From contig CP147780.1 of assembly GCA_037310415.1 (NCBI GenBank), positions 32,001-96,000 on the forward strand: 64,000 nt of DNA. Reading direction: 5' to 3'. Below the pieces are notes generated by a model. The model was not told the DNA's origin. It saw only the letters and a program-made list of their open reading frames with translations, and made no database searches. The position numbers and the translations under genes were made by a program. Positions 50,732-59,813 of the stretch are shown here, piece after piece. This DNA is from Candidatus Atabeyarchaeum deiterrae. GTDB taxonomy: Archaea > Asgardarchaeota > Atabeyarchaeia > Atabeyarchaeales > Atabeyarchaeaceae. The first letter of the stretch is position 1; the number at the start of each line of letters is the position of its first letter.

Positions 50732-51910
50732 ATGGAATCGCTTTTGGAGACAGTTAGAAAGCAAGAAGAGTGGCGAGGAAATCAGACAATAAACTTGATC
50801 GCATCAGAGAACGTTGCGAGCCCTCAGGTGAGAAAGCTCATGAGTTCAGACCTGTTACACAGGTACACGGCTCCTGACAAATTCTATATGGGAACGAAGT
50901 ATATTGACGAGATTGAAGCTTCAGCGGGGAAGATCGCCAAGGAAGTCTTCAGGTCGGATTATGCCGATCCGCGCCCACTATCTGGACATATAGCAGATTG
51001 GATACTGTTGTCATGTTTCACCAAAGCGAATGAAAGCATTCTAAGTGTATCACCTAAAAACGGGGGATACCCAGGAATAGGAGACCAGGGACTGGGCAAG
51101 TTCATGTCCCTCAGAAATCTCTACTTCCCGTTTAACGAACAGAAATGGAACATCGACATCGATGAAACATCGGGGTTGATTGAGAGTAAGAAACCAAAAC
51201 TCGTGATATTTGGTGCGAGCTTCATACTGTTTCCGCATCCAGTTAAAGAACTCTCAAGGACTGCTAGCAATGCAGGCGCCAGAGTCGTGTTTGACGGCGC
51301 GCATGTCCTCGGTCTTATTGGAGGAGGGAAATTCCAGGATCCTCTGCGAGAAGGAGCCAGTGTTCTTATCGGTTCGACCCATAAGAGCCTTTTTGGGCCT
51401 CAAGGAGGGATAATTCTAAGCGATATGGCCGCGGGTAAGACAATCAAGGAAGCCATTCACCCTGGTCTAGTTGACAACGCTCATTACAATAGGATTGCCG
51501 CACTTGCAATGGCATTGTATGAATTGAAATCATTTGGCAAGGCTTACGCTGAACAGGTGATAAGGAACTCCAAGACTATAGCGAAAGCAATGGATGAACA
51601 TGGCATCCCTGTAAGGTGCAGAGAATATGGTTATACTGAATCCCACCAAGTCATCTTGGATAATAGCAAACTTGTGAAAGGGCTGGATCACACGAAGATC
51701 CTTGAAGACGCAAACATAATCGTTGATAATGGAACACGAGTTGGAACTTGCGAAGTCACAAGACGGGGCATGAAGGAGCCAGAGATGGAAAGGATAGCTG
51801 AATTCGTCGCTCGATTGATAGTCAGAAAGGAAAGTGTGGAAAAGGTCAAGAAGGAAGTAGTGGAGCTTAGAAAAGAATTCAATAAGCTGGAGTATTGCTT
51901 TAGAGAATGA
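50732..51910 (+). CDS. glyA: Serine hydroxymethyltransferase
   Basis: INLIASEN, FDGAHVLGLI.G, GSTHKSLFGPQGG (PLP Lys), R.GT.EVTRRGM. Confidence 0.95.
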   Translation: MESLLETVRKQEEWRGNQTINLIASENVASPQVRKLMSSDLLHRYTAPDKFYMGTKYIDEIEASAGKIAKEVFRSDYADPRPLSGHIADWILLSCFTKANESILSVSPKNGGYPGIGDQGLGKFMSLRNLYFPFNEQKWNIDIDETSGLIESKKPKLVIFGASFILFPHPVKELSRTASNAGARVVFDGAHVLGLIGGGKFQDPLREGASVLIGSTHKSLFGPQGGIILSDMAAGKTIKEAIHPGLVDNAHYNRIAALAMALYELKSFGKAYAEQVIRNSKTIAKAMDEHGIPVRCREYGYTESHQVILDNSKLVKGLDHTKILEDANIIVDNGTRVGTCEVTRRGMKEPEMERIAEFVARLIVRKESVEKVKKEVVELRKEFNKLEYCFRE

Positions 51911-52040
51911 ACATGACTTGTCTCGTTTGACTGTTGTCCGAGATGTATCCAAAAGGTTATCTAATTCCTTTTCCGTATTAGATAGTGGGTAAAGAGAGAA
52001 ATATATAGAGAAACCCACTTTTCAATGGTAGGGAATACAA

Positions 52041-52193
52041 GTGGGAGGAATATTCTGTCCTTGGTGTTCAAGCGACGACTACTTTAAGCGGCATAGAACA
52101 GCCAAATGTCCCACATGTGGGACAAGCTCAAAGGTATTCGAGTGTGAAGAGTGCGGCCGCACATTCCTTGAGTGCGGACACAGGTATACTTGA
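52041..52193 (+). CDS. 50-aa double zinc-finger microprotein (not in ORF track)
   Basis: MGGIFCPWCSSDDYFKRHRTAKCPTCGTSSKVFECEECGRTFLECGHRYT; TATA-like ATATATA at about 52000; T-rich terminator after the stop. Confidence 0.7.
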   Translation: MGGIFCPWCSSDDYFKRHRTAKCPTCGTSSKVFECEECGRTFLECGHRYT

Positions 52194-52258
52194 AAACTTC
52201 CTTCCTTTTTCTTTTTTAGTTGTGTTTTCCCGTCAAAGGGAGAAGCGTAGGTCTTAAA

Positions 52259-52786
52259 CTATTCCTGCCGTTTTTCGAGTCCTTGCGCCTTGTACTTCTT
52301 ACATAGGTCCATATAGGCTTTGTTTCCTGCCTTGATCATTGTCACATCGCTGTCGGTAAGTTGCCTTAGCGGTTTTGCAGGTAGACCCGCCATCAAGGTT
52401 CTCGGAGGGACTTTCGTGTCAGCGAGAACTACTGCTCCAAGAGCAACCATTGATTCTTTACCTATTACCGCTCTATCAAAGACAATTGCGTTGATGCTTA
52501 TGAGGGATCCACTTTCTATTCGAGCTCCGTGTATACAACACCCATGAGCTAGTACGCAGTTATCGCCGATCGTCGTTGGTCCGTCACCGTGGATTACGGA
52601 GTTATCTTGTATTGTATTGAATTTACCTATCCTTATTTTGGCCAAATCGCCTCTTATTACCGCGCCATACCAAATGCTGGTTCCCTCTCCTACTTCCACA
52701 TCACCTATTATAGTTGCATTTGGAGCCACAAAAGCAGTAGGATCTATTTTTGGTTTTTTCCCATCCAATTCGACTAAAATGGGCAT
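52259..52786 (-). CDS. Gamma-class carbonic anhydrase family protein
   Basis: IIGDV.VG...SIWYGAVIRGD, IQDNSVIH, AH...IHG. Confidence 0.92.
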   Translation of the reverse strand: MPILVELDGKKPKIDPTAFVAPNATIIGDVEVGEGTSIWYGAVIRGDLAKIRIGKFNTIQDNSVIHGDGPTTIGDNCVLAHGCCIHGARIESGSLISINAIVFDRAVIGKESMVALGAVVLADTKVPPRTLMAGLPAKPLRQLTDSDVTMIKAGNKAYMDLCKKYKAQGLEKRQE

Positions 52787-52956
52787 TCATGCGTCACCTT
52801 CCTATTTCGCGTATTCCGGAATCTGTCGATCAAACGACACTAGGTTCGTTTTTTGTTTCACTCATCTGTAGCAGCAGTATGACAACATTTTTAGTTAAAG
52901 AGAACAGATGATCTACTTATACTTTGGGAAGCTGGTGCTCACATGGTGGAGTATCA

Positions 52957-53679
52957 ATGACTGATAATCTTGATGAGGATAAGAGGGAAGCAGAGAAGAT
53001 CGATCAAGCATGGAAGAAAAAGAAGATTGAGTTCATTCAACAGGAATCCGACGGATCACTTGACAATCGCCAAATTCTGAAGGAATGGATCAGACGTAGC
53101 ATAGATGGGCATGGGAATATCCCGCCCAAAATAAGGGATAGAGTTGACAATGTCGGGAAAGATTTTGGAATTACGGTCGACGACGTTGTCGAAGAGGTCA
53201 TGGAGGAGCAGGTGCTTGAAAAAGGTGGAAAGGTGAACGATGAGAAACTTGCATTTCTGCTATTGCAGAAGGCACAAAGACTGCGCGACCAGAATGGTGG
53301 AATCATGACCTTAGCTGAAGCGCTACTAATGGCAGAAAGAGGGGGCTGCCTATCAGGTAAATTAAGAAACGAAGACATAGAGAAGGCAGTAGAGATACTG
53401 TCAAAGCAGAAGTTAATACCAGGGATGAGGAAGCTGAGTTCTGGCCTGAAAATCATCTACTTCTTTCCTATCGAGTTCAGTCCGGATCAGAACACGTTAT
53501 TGTCAATTGCCAGCGAACAGGGTTGGACAACATTAGAGGAGGTAATGATGAGAACTAGTTGGTCTCGGGAGAGAGCGGAGTTAACCCTAGGCGAACTCGA
53601 GAGAGCGGGAATATCACGGCTCGATTCCAGCTACTCTGCCGGCAAGAAGTGGTACTTCCCAGGGTTCATTACACAATAG
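52957..53679 (+). CDS. ESCRT-II Vps22/Vps36-like (EAP30) tandem winged-helix protein
   Basis: R..NGGIMTLAE, EDIEKAV..L, P.EFSPDQNTLL, WS.ERA...L..L...G....D......WYFP. Confidence 0.8.
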   Translation: MTDNLDEDKREAEKIDQAWKKKKIEFIQQESDGSLDNRQILKEWIRRSIDGHGNIPPKIRDRVDNVGKDFGITVDDVVEEVMEEQVLEKGGKVNDEKLAFLLLQKAQRLRDQNGGIMTLAEALLMAERGGCLSGKLRNEDIEKAVEILSKQKLIPGMRKLSSGLKIIYFFPIEFSPDQNTLLSIASEQGWTTLEEVMMRTSWSRERAELTLGELERAGISRLDSSYSAGKKWYFPGFITQ

Positions 53680-53847
53680 AATAATGACTGCCCCATCGAT
53701 AGCGAGTCTTTCATCAGGTAATGGAGAATCACAGCAAAGAAGTACATGGCGACCGAAAACAAGTTTTATATTGATCTGTCAGATAAGTAAGTATCTCTAG
53801 AAAGGACACATGGGAGAACCCGCTCCTAGTTCAGGGGGGGACTTACT

Positions 53848-54324
53848 TTGATCGGCCTCGACGCAATTGATGAGAGTGAAAAGGACAAACTGTTCAAAGA
53901 TGTTTATGTGATAGTTGATGGAGCAGTTGTTCTTCACAAGAGTTACAGCAAATCATCAAAGGAGCCCGCTTTGATATCAGGGTTTATTGGCGCGATAGCA
54001 TCATTCGCTAGGGAGATAACTACCACTGGTATCTTGAAAAAAGTTCTCATTCCCCCTGTCAAATTTGTCGCGTCTCAGGTTATGGAACACCCTCAGGTGA
54101 TAATAGCACTTCTCGTTTCAGACAAGCTTGCCGACGACATTTCGGAGCAACTTCTTCAGTCTATTGCTGATGCTGTCTTGGAAAAACACTTGAATGACAT
54201 TATCGACTCTAAAGGACAGGATCTTACCGAGCAAGTCTCAAAAGAAGTCCACGAGGCAATGATGAGAACCATAAGAAGCCGCATAGACAAGAAGAAAGCG
54301 GAGGAAGAGCTTAATAGGTTATGA
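53848..54324 (+). CDS. Longin/roadblock-like domain protein
   Basis: VYVIVDGAVVLHKSY...EPALISGFIGAIASFAREI. Confidence 0.7.
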   Translation: MIGLDAIDESEKDKLFKDVYVIVDGAVVLHKSYSKSSKEPALISGFIGAIASFAREITTTGILKKVLIPPVKFVASQVMEHPQVIIALLVSDKLADDISEQLLQSIADAVLEKHLNDIIDSKGQDLTEQVSKEVHEAMMRTIRSRIDKKKAEEELNRL

Positions 54325-54466
54325 TTCGCAGCTTGATGCCATTCTTCCTCGCGCGCCCATGGTAGGCTTTTGTTCTGTGGAGAAAGCCTGAAGTTGGTAT
54401 CTAAGAATTAGAGAATTAGTGTTTCCAGTCTGACCATTCGTTGGAAGGAAGTTCCCGTATCTTTTC

Positions 54467-54531
54467 GTAACAACCCAAGGCTTATATATTGAGGTCTGAT
54501 CAGTTATTGATAGTTACATTAAGGTAACAAC
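54467..54531 (+). promoter_or_regulatory. Promoter (TATA 54482-54489) with palindromic operator GTTAC-N6-GTAAC (54513-54528)
   Basis: Palindrome lies at the expected TSS; extra GTAACAAC half-site at 54467-54474. Confidence 0.55.
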
Positions 54532-54532
54532 G

Positions 54533-54961
54533 ATGCAGGTGGTATCAATGTCATTCAAGTTACTGCTGGTCAAAGATGGCAAGGTACTTGCAGAGGTTCC
54601 TCTATTCAATGAACATGAATCACACATAGAATTTCTGGAAAAGGAGTTAGAGGAGTTCGAGGATGATGAGTTCAAGGATCTGTCGAAACTATTTGACACC
54701 TTATCCAACCAAGACAGACTAAGGATGCTCTCCAAGATGCTGACTAGTGACAAGCCAGTGAGGTTTGTTGACTTCATGAACGATCTTGAGTTGAATCAGA
54801 AACTCGTTTCGGATTACTGCAAACGTTTGATGAACAGTGGACTCGTAACGAGCAATGAAAGAGGGAAGTATGAAGCTTCCCCGCTTGGTATGAATAGTTT
54901 CCTTGTCATGACAGTGGCCTTGAGGACCATTCTCCAAGCTCTTGAAGATGAGATGAAGTGA
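54533..54961 (+). CDS. ArsR-type winged-helix regulator (putative heat-shock regulator)
   Basis: FDTLSNQDRLRML...LNQKLVSDYCKRLMNSGLV....GKY; lies upstream of Hsp20. Confidence 0.75.
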   Translation: MQVVSMSFKLLLVKDGKVLAEVPLFNEHESHIEFLEKELEEFEDDEFKDLSKLFDTLSNQDRLRMLSKMLTSDKPVRFVDFMNDLELNQKLVSDYCKRLMNSGLVTSNERGKYEASPLGMNSFLVMTVALRTILQALEDEMK

Positions 54962-55047
54962 CTCATTGAATTGCCCAGCAAAGTTAATTAGCTGAACGCT
55001 GGGAATCTGAAACTGCAGCATTGAACATGAAAGCTGATGAGTGAGAA

Positions 55048-55659
55048 ATGGCATTCAACAATTGGTTTGAAGATGATGATGACGAGGATTTCTACGAACA
55101 GCTGAGGGAAATGCAGGGAAGAGTATCTCGGATCATGAGAAACCAGCTGAAGGAAATAATCGAGGCCCTCAAAGAAGAAGATATGGGTGCAGAAATGCAC
55201 ATTAGACCCATTGATGGACCAGGTGTTAAAGGCTACATTATGTGGGGCCAGCTTAGCAACAGTCCAGACGTGCCTGAAACAAGGAAGAAGGCGAGGTCCC
55301 TCATCAGTGAAAGATCAAGAACCGAGAAGGTAGAAGAGCCAGAATTCTCCTTGGGAAGAAGACAAGAAGAAGATGAAGAGGAACAAGAGGATCTGGAATT
55401 AGCTATTGAACCAGCAAAACCATTGATCGAGAAATTCAAGTCTAAGGACGAATATGTGATCTTAGTGGTGATACCGGGCGTCGATGAATCTGATCTCAAG
55501 GTGAATATCAAAGGTGGCATGTTGTGGATAAGCGGTGGAGAAAAATTCACACCGAGCAGAATACGTCTTCCGATTGATGCACGACCTGCACGTTTGAAGA
55601 AAAGCTACAAGAATGGGGTTCTGGAGATAAAGATACCCCGAGTCACAGATCGAAGATGA
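55048..55659 (+). CDS. Small heat shock protein (Hsp20/alpha-crystallin)
   Basis: IPGVDESDLKV, I.LP...., YKNGVLEIKIP. Confidence 0.88.
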   Translation: MAFNNWFEDDDDEDFYEQLREMQGRVSRIMRNQLKEIIEALKEEDMGAEMHIRPIDGPGVKGYIMWGQLSNSPDVPETRKKARSLISERSRTEKVEEPEFSLGRRQEEDEEEQEDLELAIEPAKPLIEKFKSKDEYVILVVIPGVDESDLKVNIKGGMLWISGGEKFTPSRIRLPIDARPARLKKSYKNGVLEIKIPRVTDRR

Positions 55660-55708
55660 GAGGAAGTGAGCGATCGGGCTCTCTATTCCTGTCAGAGTTG
55701 CCCTGAGG

Positions 55709-56662
55709 TTATCGCCTGATGCTCCTGTTGACCAGTGTGAGTTCGTGGGCGCATTTCTCAAGATCAGCGCAGTAAGCTGATGCACAGCAGGATCGCCTGA
55801 ACACTCTTGTCTTCTTGCCAAATTGCTGCTCTATCTTTCTTTGGATGTCTGATACGTAAATTGCCCTTTGTTTCTCATCAACAGTGGGTGCGCGCTTGAG
55901 AATTTCGGACAAGTCAAGGTTTTTCTTTCTCATCGACTCGACTATTCTTCGTGTGACTCTGAAGTTCCCAAGAACAACTCCTTCTGCACCATGTTCAATG
56001 CATTCGTCAATCAATCTCTCGTTTTCCTTCATTGTTATGATCCCCGGAAGTATCGGTCGCAGGAATAGGAAAGGCTTCAATCCGGCTTCAGTTAGATTAC
56101 TGATCGTTTCTAATCGTTCTCTGGTTGTTGGAGCGATTGGTTCTAGCACTCGTGCTTTTGATTCTTCCAGCGTTAGTATCGTTATTAGGGGGCTGAGCCA
56201 CTTGCATGAAGAGCTTAAGGATTCTGCTTCAGCTCCACTGAGGAATGACTTCGATGAAAACTGGATCGGGTTGCCTAGCTTAGCCAGCTCCTTTATGTAG
56301 TTCATTGTCAAGAGCTTTAGTTCTGGTTGGAATGGCTCCACGACGCTCCCTATCGCGATGTAGGTTCCATGCCTACCTGGAACAAAACCTGGGTTGAGCA
56401 GAAGTGATAGCACAAGCTGCTCGGGAGTTAATTCGCAGGGTTTCGGCTTCCTGAACCTGAAACCCATATCAGGAATATAGCAGTAAGTGCATGAGTACGC
56501 ACAATCATTGCCAGGATGGACTGTAAGACCGCACTGTATCGGTCTTCTCCGAGAGTGGTCATTCACTCTAGCTTTCCTGATGCCTTCATCTCCGACAGTC
56601 TCCTCGTATTGTCTGATCAGCGCCAACCTTTCCTTGTCGTCGCGTGAGAACAAAGATTGCAC
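55709..56662 (-). CDS. Radical SAM protein (SplB-like)
   Basis: CAYSCTYC, IGSV.EPF, LEP.AP...ERL, LRPILPGI. Confidence 0.88.
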   Translation of the reverse strand: MQSLFSRDDKERLALIRQYEETVGDEGIRKARVNDHSRRRPIQCGLTVHPGNDCAYSCTYCYIPDMGFRFRKPKPCELTPEQLVLSLLLNPGFVPGRHGTYIAIGSVVEPFQPELKLLTMNYIKELAKLGNPIQFSSKSFLSGAEAESLSSSCKWLSPLITILTLEESKARVLEPIAPTTRERLETISNLTEAGLKPFLFLRPILPGIITMKENERLIDECIEHGAEGVVLGNFRVTRRIVESMRKKNLDLSEILKRAPTVDEKQRAIYVSDIQRKIEQQFGKKTRVFRRSCCASAYCADLEKCAHELTLVNRSIRR

Positions 56663-56878
56663 CCCAACCCTGGTTTGGTTATGCCTCCAACCTGCCTCGC
56701 TTGTACCACAGTTAGTTTTAAGACATAGTTCCAGACGGTCTAGTTAGAGGAAGAGAACGCATACAGTTAAATCCCTTTGTCACTAGCACCAGACTGGAAA
56801 GAATTGAAAGACAGGACGGGCATTCCCAGAATTACGATGACATTATAGCAGAACGCTGAAGCTTGGCGGTGATTCACA

Positions 56879-57394
56879 TTGGCAGAGCAGAAGCTTTTCG
56901 AACACATAGGGAACGTGGATAACTTCAAGAAATACGTGAAGCTTCTTCTGGATCATTACCAGATTGTCGACGGATATTGGTTCACGTACGTCGAAAAAGA
57001 GTTGGGCCTTGAAACTGCCGTCAGGATAAATGAAGAGATCTGGGGCAAGATTGCCACAAAGACCGCTAAAGACATAAAGGCGTCGTTTGGGATTGAGGGA
57101 AAAGGCATAGACTACGTGTTAAACGCCTTGAGATTCTTCCCTTGGTACACTATTACGGATTACCACGTTTCAAGAGAAGGAGATGCTTTCAAGATAGAGA
57201 TTCCGAAATGTCTGCCACAGGAGATACGCAAGAAGAAAGGTATGGGAGAGTACCCCTGCAAGAAGATGCATTCCATAATACTGCAGAATTTCGTTAAGGA
57301 GATCGATAATTCAGTCGAGGTTAAGTGTATCTTCGCACCACCGGACGAGCACCCCAAAGACTTGTGGTGCAAATGGCTTCTCAAGGCCAAATAG
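56879..57394 (+). CDS. DUF6125-like protein
   Basis: VDGYWF..VE...G...A..IN..IW, C.PQ..R...G..EYPCK, C.F.PPD.HP...WC.W. Confidence 0.75.
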   Translation: MAEQKLFEHIGNVDNFKKYVKLLLDHYQIVDGYWFTYVEKELGLETAVRINEEIWGKIATKTAKDIKASFGIEGKGIDYVLNALRFFPWYTITDYHVSREGDAFKIEIPKCLPQEIRKKKGMGEYPCKKMHSIILQNFVKEIDNSVEVKCIFAPPDEHPKDLWCKWLLKAK

Positions 57395-57492
57395 GATAAC
57401 CCCAATTCAAAAAAGGAAAAATGGAAATCGCCTTGAGGCTTCCCCTATTCTCATTCTTCTTGGTGGAATCCTTCGTATTTCGCTGGTCTTTT

Positions 57493-58512
57493 TTAGTACT
57501 CCCTGTCTATCACGAAGTCCACCAGTTGGGAAATCGAGCCTGCTGCACTGCTTGATCTGAAAGACGGGGCAATGTGATTCTTCAAAATGTCTTTGCTCTC
57601 TGAAGCAAATTCTCTCGCCTTCTTCTTGCCCTGATCTATGCTTCCATACTTCTTCATCAAATCGAGTATGTATTCCAATTCATCCTTGCTTTTGCCTGAT
57701 CTGTCTTTGCTCAGTATCTTCGTCGCCCTGTCCTTCTCTGTATGGTTACAACTATTCAGCATGTTTATCAGCATCAGTGTCCTCTTTCCTTCCGCTATAT
57801 CTCCAGCAATTTCCTTGCCGTACTTCGCCTCTTGTCCAACAAGATTCAAGAGATCATCTTGGATCTGAAAACCAATTCCGAGTTTCATTCCGAAATCGAC
57901 TAAGTGATTCATTACCTTCTCCTCTGCTCCAGCTATTATGGCACCAGTTCTAAATGGCGTTATTATCGTATACCAGGAGGTCTTCTTTCCTGCCATTTGA
58001 TAGTAGTCTTCATCCGTCAAGTCAAATCTTCTGTTTGCAATCCAGCTGAGCTCCATCGCCTGTCCTTCCACAGTTTCCATGCATAGCTTCTTGAACTCGT
58101 CAAGGATGCGAAATGTCAGTCCATCTCCCAGCAATTTTCTGTTGTCGAATAGTATTTCCCACATTTTTGCGTGTAAGCCGTCTCCAGCGTTAATCGCAAG
58201 TGGAATTCCGTAGATCTTGTGTAAACACGGCTTGCCTCTCCTCATTTCGGATTCGTCCTCTATGTCATCATGTATTAATGCCCAGTTCTGAAAGGCCTCC
58301 AGAGCAGCGGCTGTGCGAAGCGCTTGCTTGGAATCGCCTCCAAAAGCTTCGCAGCTGAGCATGCAGAAAGCTGGTCTTAGCCGTTTCCCGCCTCTCATGG
58401 GATACTCTCTCATCAAGTCGTACAGTTCGTTCGGCTTCTTCGAGGGAAGGTAGGGGGCTAGCTCGCCTTCTACAGCCTTTCCTTTTTCTTCAAGAACTTT
58501 CATTATGCTCAA
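57493..58512 (-). CDS. idsA: Polyprenyl (geranylgeranyl) diphosphate synthase
   Basis: GGKRLRP, LIHDDIED...RRG, GQAME, KT, FQIQDD.L. Confidence 0.92.
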   Translation of the reverse strand: MSIMKVLEEKGKAVEGELAPYLPSKKPNELYDLMREYPMRGGKRLRPAFCMLSCEAFGGDSKQALRTAAALEAFQNWALIHDDIEDESEMRRGKPCLHKIYGIPLAINAGDGLHAKMWEILFDNRKLLGDGLTFRILDEFKKLCMETVEGQAMELSWIANRRFDLTDEDYYQMAGKKTSWYTIITPFRTGAIIAGAEEKVMNHLVDFGMKLGIGFQIQDDLLNLVGQEAKYGKEIAGDIAEGKRTLMLINMLNSCNHTEKDRATKILSKDRSGKSKDELEYILDLMKKYGSIDQGKKKAREFASESKDILKNHIAPSFRSSSAAGSISQLVDFVIDREY

Positions 58513-58581
58513 GGAAACACCTTCTTCAAACCTTCAATCGGATAACACGATTCAGCTGAAGAGGAATAATCCTCCGCTGGT

Positions 58582-58815
58582 TTATGAAGCGCTGACCCGA
58601 GTACACCTGATCTTCTCTCCATTCAAAAATGCCTTAAGGTTACCATGTTCCATCATAGAGACAATGCCGACCTCAAGACCTTCTTTAATCTCATTCCTGC
58701 ACAAATCAAGGCTCCGTAGCTTTTGTTTCATACCGCCGCTCGCATCAACCGTCTGTGATTTGCCCATTCGGGCTAAGATCTGGTCGGTTTCATTGAGGTT
58801 GATCTCTACCTTTAT
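58582..58815 (-). pseudogene. C-terminal fragment of isopentenyl phosphate kinase
   Basis: IKVEINLNETDQILARMGKSQTVDASGGMKQKL...V.IV....GNLKAFLNGEKIRCTRV matches the IPK C-terminus (D.TGGM..K); in-frame stop just upstream; directly upstream of idsA. Confidence 0.65.
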
Positions 58816-59134
58816 TCATCCTTATTATGTTTTCCAAAATCAGTTCTCTTGGGACAAGACCCTGATGCTATCATAAGTCAGGTTTGAAATGCTGATCTTT
58901 GTGAGTGACCACCTCTTTCCCCTATTCTAGGCAAGTGTGAATTGAAAAGAAAGGTCGACACCAAAGATGCGATCTCGGCAATGGAACGTCTTCGATTGAG
59001 CAGACCCAATATCTTGAAGATACCCATCAATAATAGGAAGCTATAGCAACTTACTAGGTACAGCTAATGATTCCGAATCCGAGGATTAGTGTACCTATAG
59101 TGAGAGGCATCGGAGCCAAAGGTTTGTCTGGGTT

Positions 59135-59605
59135 ATGCCCGAGAGAAAACTTGACGGTTATCCCTGCCCAGTCTGCAGGGCGATGATCACTGGGATAGTG
59201 ATCAAGGAGGAAAATATCCTCGAGTCCAAGCGTAGTCCCGCACTAGTGCCGGCCAAATGCCCTAGCATGCACGATATTGCACTATATGTCGACAAACAGT
59301 TCAAGATAAGGGATGCAGAGCCTCTGGTTGACTTGAAACAAGATCTAGGGAGGTGCCCTTATTGTGATTTTCATGGTTCTTCAGATGAGACAATAGCGCA
59401 CATAAGCGGTCATATACTCTCAGTGAACGCAAGAATTGATAGTGTGAATGTTGATTACGGAAACAAAGTAGCTTTCGTTCATGTTGTAGTCGGGCAGGGG
59501 GGTAACGCTAAAGGTTTTGACGTGGCGGTTCCTCTCCCACGAGACATGAAGATACTCGGCAAGGTTGTGCTTGAAAGTGTCTCCTTTGGTCTTTATCCAG
59601 AATGA
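59135..59605 (+). CDS. Zinc-binding hypothetical protein (CPxC...C..H plus C2H2-like finger)
   Basis: CPVC...CPSMHDIALYVDKQFKIR; CPYC..........H...H. Confidence 0.6.
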   Translation: MPERKLDGYPCPVCRAMITGIVIKEENILESKRSPALVPAKCPSMHDIALYVDKQFKIRDAEPLVDLKQDLGRCPYCDFHGSSDETIAHISGHILSVNARIDSVNVDYGNKVAFVHVVVGQGGNAKGFDVAVPLPRDMKILGKVVLESVSFGLYPE

Positions 59606-59813
59606 CCGTATCTACGTCTTGTCCTATCACCATTGAATCGCCCGCTTTAGGACAAAAGTCGACGCTGCAATAGTGCCAATTTGAGGAGATTTCCAGGATT
59701 AGATGAACAACCAGATAAATGTGGGAAACACGATAATTGTCTAGTTATTTTTCCCTGATCTACGGGCAACACGCAAGACCAAATGTCAATATAATGTGAA
59801 GTGATCCTTTAGA

